DNA from: Bacteroidia bacterium
Lineage (GTDB): Bacteria > Bacteroidota > Bacteroidia > UKL13-3
NCBI GenBank assembly: GCA_018058165.1
Contig: JAGPCI010000002.1
Span: forward strand, 1-37,349
Direction of reading: 5' to 3'
Length of the DNA: 37,349 bases
The translations under genes were made by a program, and so were the position numbers. Numbering within the stretch: the stretch's first letter is position 1; each line of letters opens with the position of its first letter. Of the stretch, positions 35,147-37,349 are shown piece after piece. The notes under the pieces were generated by a model that saw only the letters and a list, made by a program, of their open reading frames with translations, was not told where the DNA came from and searched no databases.

Positions 35147-35656
35147 ATGTTAGCAAAACGTTTTATAATTATATACATCGCAGCCGGTTTGTTTTTACTA
35201 ACCGGCTGTGGTTTTTATTCGCATACAGGTGCTTCAGTTCCACCCGATGCAAAAACTTTTTCGGTAGAGTATATTAATAATATTGCAACTATAGTAATGC
35301 CTACGTTTAGCCAATTACTAACCGAAAAACTAAAATCAAAATTTATAAACGAAACCTCATTAAAGTTAACTCAAAATGAGGGTGATGTGAGGTTTAGTGG
35401 TAAAATTATTAATTATGTTTCTGCACCTGTAGCAGTGCAAGGTAATCAGCAAAATGCGGTTAACAGGCTAACAGTTACTATCGAAATTACCTACCAAAAC
35501 ACCAAAGACGAAACAAAAAACTTTACGCAGCAATTTTCTAATTTTGTTGATTATCCTGCTTCACAAAATTTCTCATCAGTTGAGGTTGAATTAGTAGGTA
35601 AAGTAGCCGATATTTTGGTTCAAGATGTTTTTAATAAGGCTTTTATTAATTGGTAA
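35147..35656 (+). CDS. LptE-like LPS-assembly lipoprotein
   Basis: Lipobox LLTGC and 169 aa, with the pattern FSVEYINN..LTEKLKSKFINE..VTIEITYQN. It starts directly after the gltA stop. Confidence 0.5.
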   Translation: MLAKRFIIIYIAAGLFLLTGCGFYSHTGASVPPDAKTFSVEYINNIATIVMPTFSQLLTEKLKSKFINETSLKLTQNEGDVRFSGKIINYVSAPVAVQGNQQNAVNRLTVTIEITYQNTKDETKNFTQQFSNFVDYPASQNFSSVEVELVGKVADILVQDVFNKAFINW

Positions 35657-35734
35657 ATCAAGGAAGTAACTCCTACTCCTAGTCCTTATATTCCATCAAT
35701 TCAAAAAAAAGCCGTTTATTCGCATAATCACTGC

Positions 35735-36943
35735 ATGAACAAAACGGAATTTATACACCTAATAGATAATCCTGATTTACTTGGTACAAAACAAGTTGGT
35801 GAGCTAAAACAAATTTTGGCCAACTTTCCGTATTTTACCCATGCCCGAGTGTTAATAACAAAGGCGCTTTACAACGAAAAACATTACGAGTACGAAAAAT
35901 ACCTTAAACAAACAGCTTTAGCCGTTCCTGATAGGGAAGTGTTGTATCATTACTTACATGATTTAACTCCACATTGGTTTACGTTAAATACTCCAGAAAT
36001 ACATAAGCCAGAAGTACAAATTGCAGCGGTTATAAATTCACCAGAAGTAGTTGCGCCAATTATAGAAACACCTGTTGTTGCTGTTGAGGTCGCTATTGAT
36101 GAGCCTTTGGTGGTTGAAGAACCTGCAGAATTAATAGTTGAAGATGTAAAAGAAATTACTCCTGAGCCAATATTGGTGGAGGAAGCTAATATAATAAAAG
36201 GTGATGATGAGGTAGAATTAAGTGATGATGAATTAAAAGCCGATTTGGTAATTAATGCATTGCTTGAAGAAAGCTTAATTTTGCAAGCAGAGCCAACAAG
36301 TGAATTTGATATTGAAGCTGTTGAGGTAGAGAAAAATATAGTTGAAGAAATTTTACTGCAACAACCAACTATAGTTGATGAAGTTAGCATTGAATCTGAA
36401 ATAAACGAAGAAAATAATGCAGCTGAAGGCACAGAACTTACTTTTGTAGAATGGTTATTACAACAAAATAGTCCGCACATCGAAACTGATTCGGCTAAAA
36501 TTGAGAAAGAAATAACCAAGCAGCAAACAATTAAACCTAAAATTGAAACGCCAATATTACCAGTTGAACCCGAAAAAGTAGCGCAGCCAATTGCCAAACC
36601 ATTGTTTTCGCCAAATTTACCCGAGGTTACAAAAGCTGATATTGATGAGGCCGTAGCTAATAGTAATGTTAACAATTTTCACAATATTTTAGATAGGTTT
36701 ATTAAAGAGAATCCTAGCATTAGCAGACCCAAAGCCGAATTTTTTAATCCTGTAAATATGGCAAGGCAAAGTGTTGAGGAAGATGACGACCTTGTAACAG
36801 AGACACTTGCAAATTTATTGTACAAGCAAGGCAATTATAAAAAGGCAATTAAAGCTTATGAAAAATTGTGCTTGTTATATCCAAGCAAAATGTCTTATTT
36901 TGCGAGCCTTATTAAAAAAATTAAAACCGAACAAAAAGACTAA
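35735..36943 (+). CDS. Hypothetical protein with an acidic Glu/Val/Pro-rich low-complexity centre and a C-terminal TPR motif
   Basis: A 402-aa ORF with a C-terminal TPR-like repeat, LANLLYKQGNYKKAIKAYEKLCLLYP. Confidence 0.6.
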   Translation: MNKTEFIHLIDNPDLLGTKQVGELKQILANFPYFTHARVLITKALYNEKHYEYEKYLKQTALAVPDREVLYHYLHDLTPHWFTLNTPEIHKPEVQIAAVINSPEVVAPIIETPVVAVEVAIDEPLVVEEPAELIVEDVKEITPEPILVEEANIIKGDDEVELSDDELKADLVINALLEESLILQAEPTSEFDIEAVEVEKNIVEEILLQQPTIVDEVSIESEINEENNAAEGTELTFVEWLLQQNSPHIETDSAKIEKEITKQQTIKPKIETPILPVEPEKVAQPIAKPLFSPNLPEVTKADIDEAVANSNVNNFHNILDRFIKENPSISRPKAEFFNPVNMARQSVEEDDDLVTETLANLLYKQGNYKKAIKAYEKLCLLYPSKMSYFASLIKKIKTEQKD

Positions 36944-36948
36944 CAAAC

Positions 36949-37344
36949 ATGTATACAGTATTTTCAATCATCATCATTTTAGTGTGTATTCTTTTAACAC
37001 TTGTAGTATTAATTCAAAATCCAAAAGGTGGAGGAATAGCAGCAAACTTTGCCTCTCCTAACCAAATTATGGGCGCAAAACGCAGTAGTGATTTTATTGA
37101 AAAAGCTACATGGATTTTAGCTATTGTTTTAATTGTACTTTCTTTAGGAAGCAATTTTGTTCGTCCTACTATAGATACAGAAGGTGATTTACCTGAAAGT
37201 CGTATTAAGGATCAAATAGAGAATACTGCTGCACCTGCTCCATTAATGGCACCAGCACCAACTCAAGAAACTCCAGCTACAACTCCAGGTGATGGTTCAG
37301 AGCCTGCAACAGCACCGGCAACAGAGCCTGCTCCAGCACAATAA
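36949..37344 (+). CDS. secG: Preprotein translocase subunit SecG with a Pro/Ala/Thr-rich C-terminal tail
   Basis: Two TM helices flank the motif LIQNPKGGGIAANF. The tail reads APAPLMAPAPTQETPATTPG. Confidence 0.8.
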   Translation: MYTVFSIIIILVCILLTLVVLIQNPKGGGIAANFASPNQIMGAKRSSDFIEKATWILAIVLIVLSLGSNFVRPTIDTEGDLPESRIKDQIENTAAPAPLMAPAPTQETPATTPGDGSEPATAPATEPAPAQ

Positions 37345-37349
37345 TTATA

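Noticed and set aside
35950-36675. 241-aa ORF on the minus strand, Ser/Thr-rich
   Set aside because: It lies entirely antisense to the Glu/Val/Ile/Pro-rich low-complexity core of the 402-aa plus-strand gene. GAA/GTT-rich codons read as TTC/AAC-type codons without stops on the other strand. It has no domain-like sequence, whereas the plus frame continues into a TPR motif.
1-37349. Looked for tRNA/rRNA genes, CRISPR repeats, IS/transposase or integrase genes, phage or defence-system genes, and long tandem repeats
   Set aside because: By-eye inspection found no T-loop/acceptor-like sequences, regularly spaced repeats, or ORFs with transposase, integrase, nuclease-NTPase or defence-like motifs. 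The window looks like core chromosome plus a denitrification-related accessory block.

Overview
This is a low-GC (about 35-40%) chromosomal segment with Bacteroidota-style gene content and promoter motifs. I found no tRNA or rRNA genes, CRISPR arrays, transposases or integrases. Left arm (1-6412, minus strand): a clade II (Sec-type) nitrous-oxide reductase cluster. It reads lipoprotein cytochrome c, nosZ, a membrane-domain::NosL fusion, then nosD (truncated at the edge and absent from the ORF track). An MbnP-like/di-haem peroxidase (MbnH-like) pair sits upstream. Centre (6675-18391, minus strand): twelve tightly packed or overlapping genes with no internal terminator. They mix dTDP-rhamnose/glycosyltransferase genes, a 603-aa unknown, nadA-nadB, a cytochrome c plus a divergent haem-copper-oxidase (NOR/cbb3-like) subunit, proline dehydrogenase, queD and a His-rich lipoprotein. 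A Crp/Fnr regulator is encoded directly upstream. The only two canonical FNR-type boxes I found in the window (TTGAY-N4-GTCAA, by eye) lie in the promoter regions of this array and of mbnP. Both sit at identical spacing from Bacteroidota -7-type elements. Right arm (19266-37344, mostly plus strand): an orphan TPR histidine kinase, ABC/MATE/EamA exporters, menD-menB, rsfS with a histone-H1-like tail, birA, coaX, lptC, citrate synthase, an LptE-like gene and secG. The most interesting candidates are three. First, the oxidase-like subunit lacks two canonical metal/haem histidines. Second, the apparent FNR regulon has a fixed promoter geometry, including a possibly leaderless mbnP and a 55-aa mini-protein. 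Third, an uncharacterised 603-aa TIM-barrel-like protein is coupled to nadAB.
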